Of a stretch of 64,000 nucleotides of DNA, positions 63,148 through 64,000 are shown in pieces. The position numbers and the translations under genes are program-made. The notes beneath the pieces were generated by a model. The model saw only the letters and a list, made by a program, of their open reading frames with translations, was not told the DNA's origin and ran no database searches. This DNA is from Micrococcales bacterium (lineage in GTDB: Bacteria; Actinomycetota; Actinomycetes; S36-B12; UBA10799): the NCBI GenBank assembly GCA_016719135.1, contig JADKAV010000021.1, positions 1,900 through 65,899 of the forward strand, read 5' to 3'. The number at the start of each line of letters is the position of its first letter. Position 1 is the first letter of the stretch.

Positions 63148-64000
63148 ATGACCACACTGATCGACCAGTCCCCTGTCCCCGTCGCCGAACCCGACGCCCC
63201 GTCCTCTCCGAAACTGCTGGCCTATGCCACCGGTTCGGTCGGCATGGGCGTCTGGGTCACCGTCCCCGGCCTGCTCCTGCTGTACTTCCTCACCGACGTC
63301 CTGGCGGTCACGCCGTGGATCGCCGGCCTGGCATTGCTGCTCCCCAAGGCGCTCGACGTGATCGTGCACCCGTGGTTCGGCGCTGTGTCCGACCGGCAGC
63401 GGCGCAGGTACGGGCACCGCCGGCACATGATGTGGATCGGGTTGTTCCTGACGGTCGCGCTGGTCGGGATGTTCTCCGTGCCGGCGTCCCTGAGTGGCCT
63501 GGGCGCCGCGGTCTGGGTGGGTGTTTTCTACATCTTCGGCAACTTGCTGTTCGCGTCCTTCCAGGTGCCCTACCTCACCACCCCCAGTGACCTCAACGTC
63601 TCCTACTACCAGCGCACCAGGGTCATGACCTACCGCATGGTGGTGCTGACCGTGGGCCTACTGGGCGCCGGTGTCGCCGCGCCCGCGCTGGTCAGGTCCG
63701 GCGAGCGCGGTGACTACACGACCATGGCCATGCTGCTGTCGATCGTGATGCTCATCTCCGGGGTTGTTGCCATCATCGGCATCAAGCGGCTGGGCGCATG
63801 GATGCCCGAGACGGTCGAGGGCACCTACCACCCCGGCTTCAAAGAAGGCGTCTCGGTGGCCCTGCGGGACCGCCAGTTCCGGATGCTCGTCCTGTCCTAC
63901 CTGTTCACCGGCACCGTCACCCACCTGTTCATGGCCGGCGTGCCCTACTACGCCCGCTACGTTTTCGACAACGTCGGTCTCACGGCCGCCTTCATGGGGG
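63148..64000 (+). CDS. MFS/GPH-family (glycoside-pentoside-hexuronide type) transporter, runs off the right edge
   Basis: It is not in the ORF track because it has no stop. My translation from ATG 63148 stays open to 64000: MTTLIDQSPVPVAEPDAPSSPKLLAYATGSVGMGVWVTVPGLLLLYFLTDVL..HPWFGAVSDRQRRRYGHRR..FQVPYLTTPSDL.., with multiple TM segments. Confidence 0.7.
   Translation, partial: MTTLIDQSPVPVAEPDAPSSPKLLAYATGSVGMGVWVTVPGLLLLYFLTDVLAVTPWIAGLALLLPKALDVIVHPWFGAVSDRQRRRYGHRRHMMWIGLFLTVALVGMFSVPASLSGLGAAVWVGVFYIFGNLLFASFQVPYLTTPSDLNVSYYQRTRVMTYRMVVLTVGLLGAGVAAPALVRSGERGDYTTMAMLLSIVMLISGVVAIIGIKRLGAWMPETVEGTYHPGFKEGVSVALRDRQFRMLVLSYLFTGTVTHLFMAGVPYYARYVFDNVGLTAAFMG

Overview
Very GC-rich, actinobacterial-type chromosomal window (G/C at most third codon positions) with about 55 genes.

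Left part (1-18.2 kb): peptide ABC importer genes, oligopeptidase B, an SDR and a 695-aa unknown. Next comes a start/stop-overlapping operon of enoyl-CoA hydratase, acyl-CoA synthetase, thioesterase, amidohydrolase and GNAT. It sits beside a deacetylase and a DmpA-type peptidase, followed by clpB.

Right part (34.4-64 kb): housekeeping and stress genes. These are a secreted EEP hydrolase, ada-alkA/ogt, an FTR1 iron permease, an ABC-2 exporter, an aminotransferase, pyrE, dedA, fbaA, purA, purD, purB, purC, galE, purS, an FMO, SDRs and an MFS transporter.

Between clpB and the EEP gene (18.3-34.4 kb) lies a ~16-kb co-directional cluster with start/stop overlaps at most junctions. It opens with a small JAB/JAMM metallopeptidase. 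It continues with unknown proteins, one carrying a PT-TG-like pre-toxin module. It ends with four very large proteins (roughly 1050, 940, 1430 and 570 aa after frame repair). I can relate these only to uncharacterised hypothetical-protein families. I see no NTPase, nuclease, integrase or secretion signal. This is my best candidate for an undescribed system.

Major caveat: the sequence carries dozens of single-base frame disruptions. Nearly all lie between 13.9 and 53.3 kb, and they hit essential genes (clpB, fbaA, purA). Most are therefore probably assembly indel errors, and the coordinates of merged genes are approximate.

Also notable: a ~135-bp structured repeat with five GTTGGA/TCCAAC boxes sits in three divergent promoter regions, and there are two further tandem hairpin-repeat arrays. 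No rRNA, tRNA, CRISPR array or transposase was recognised.
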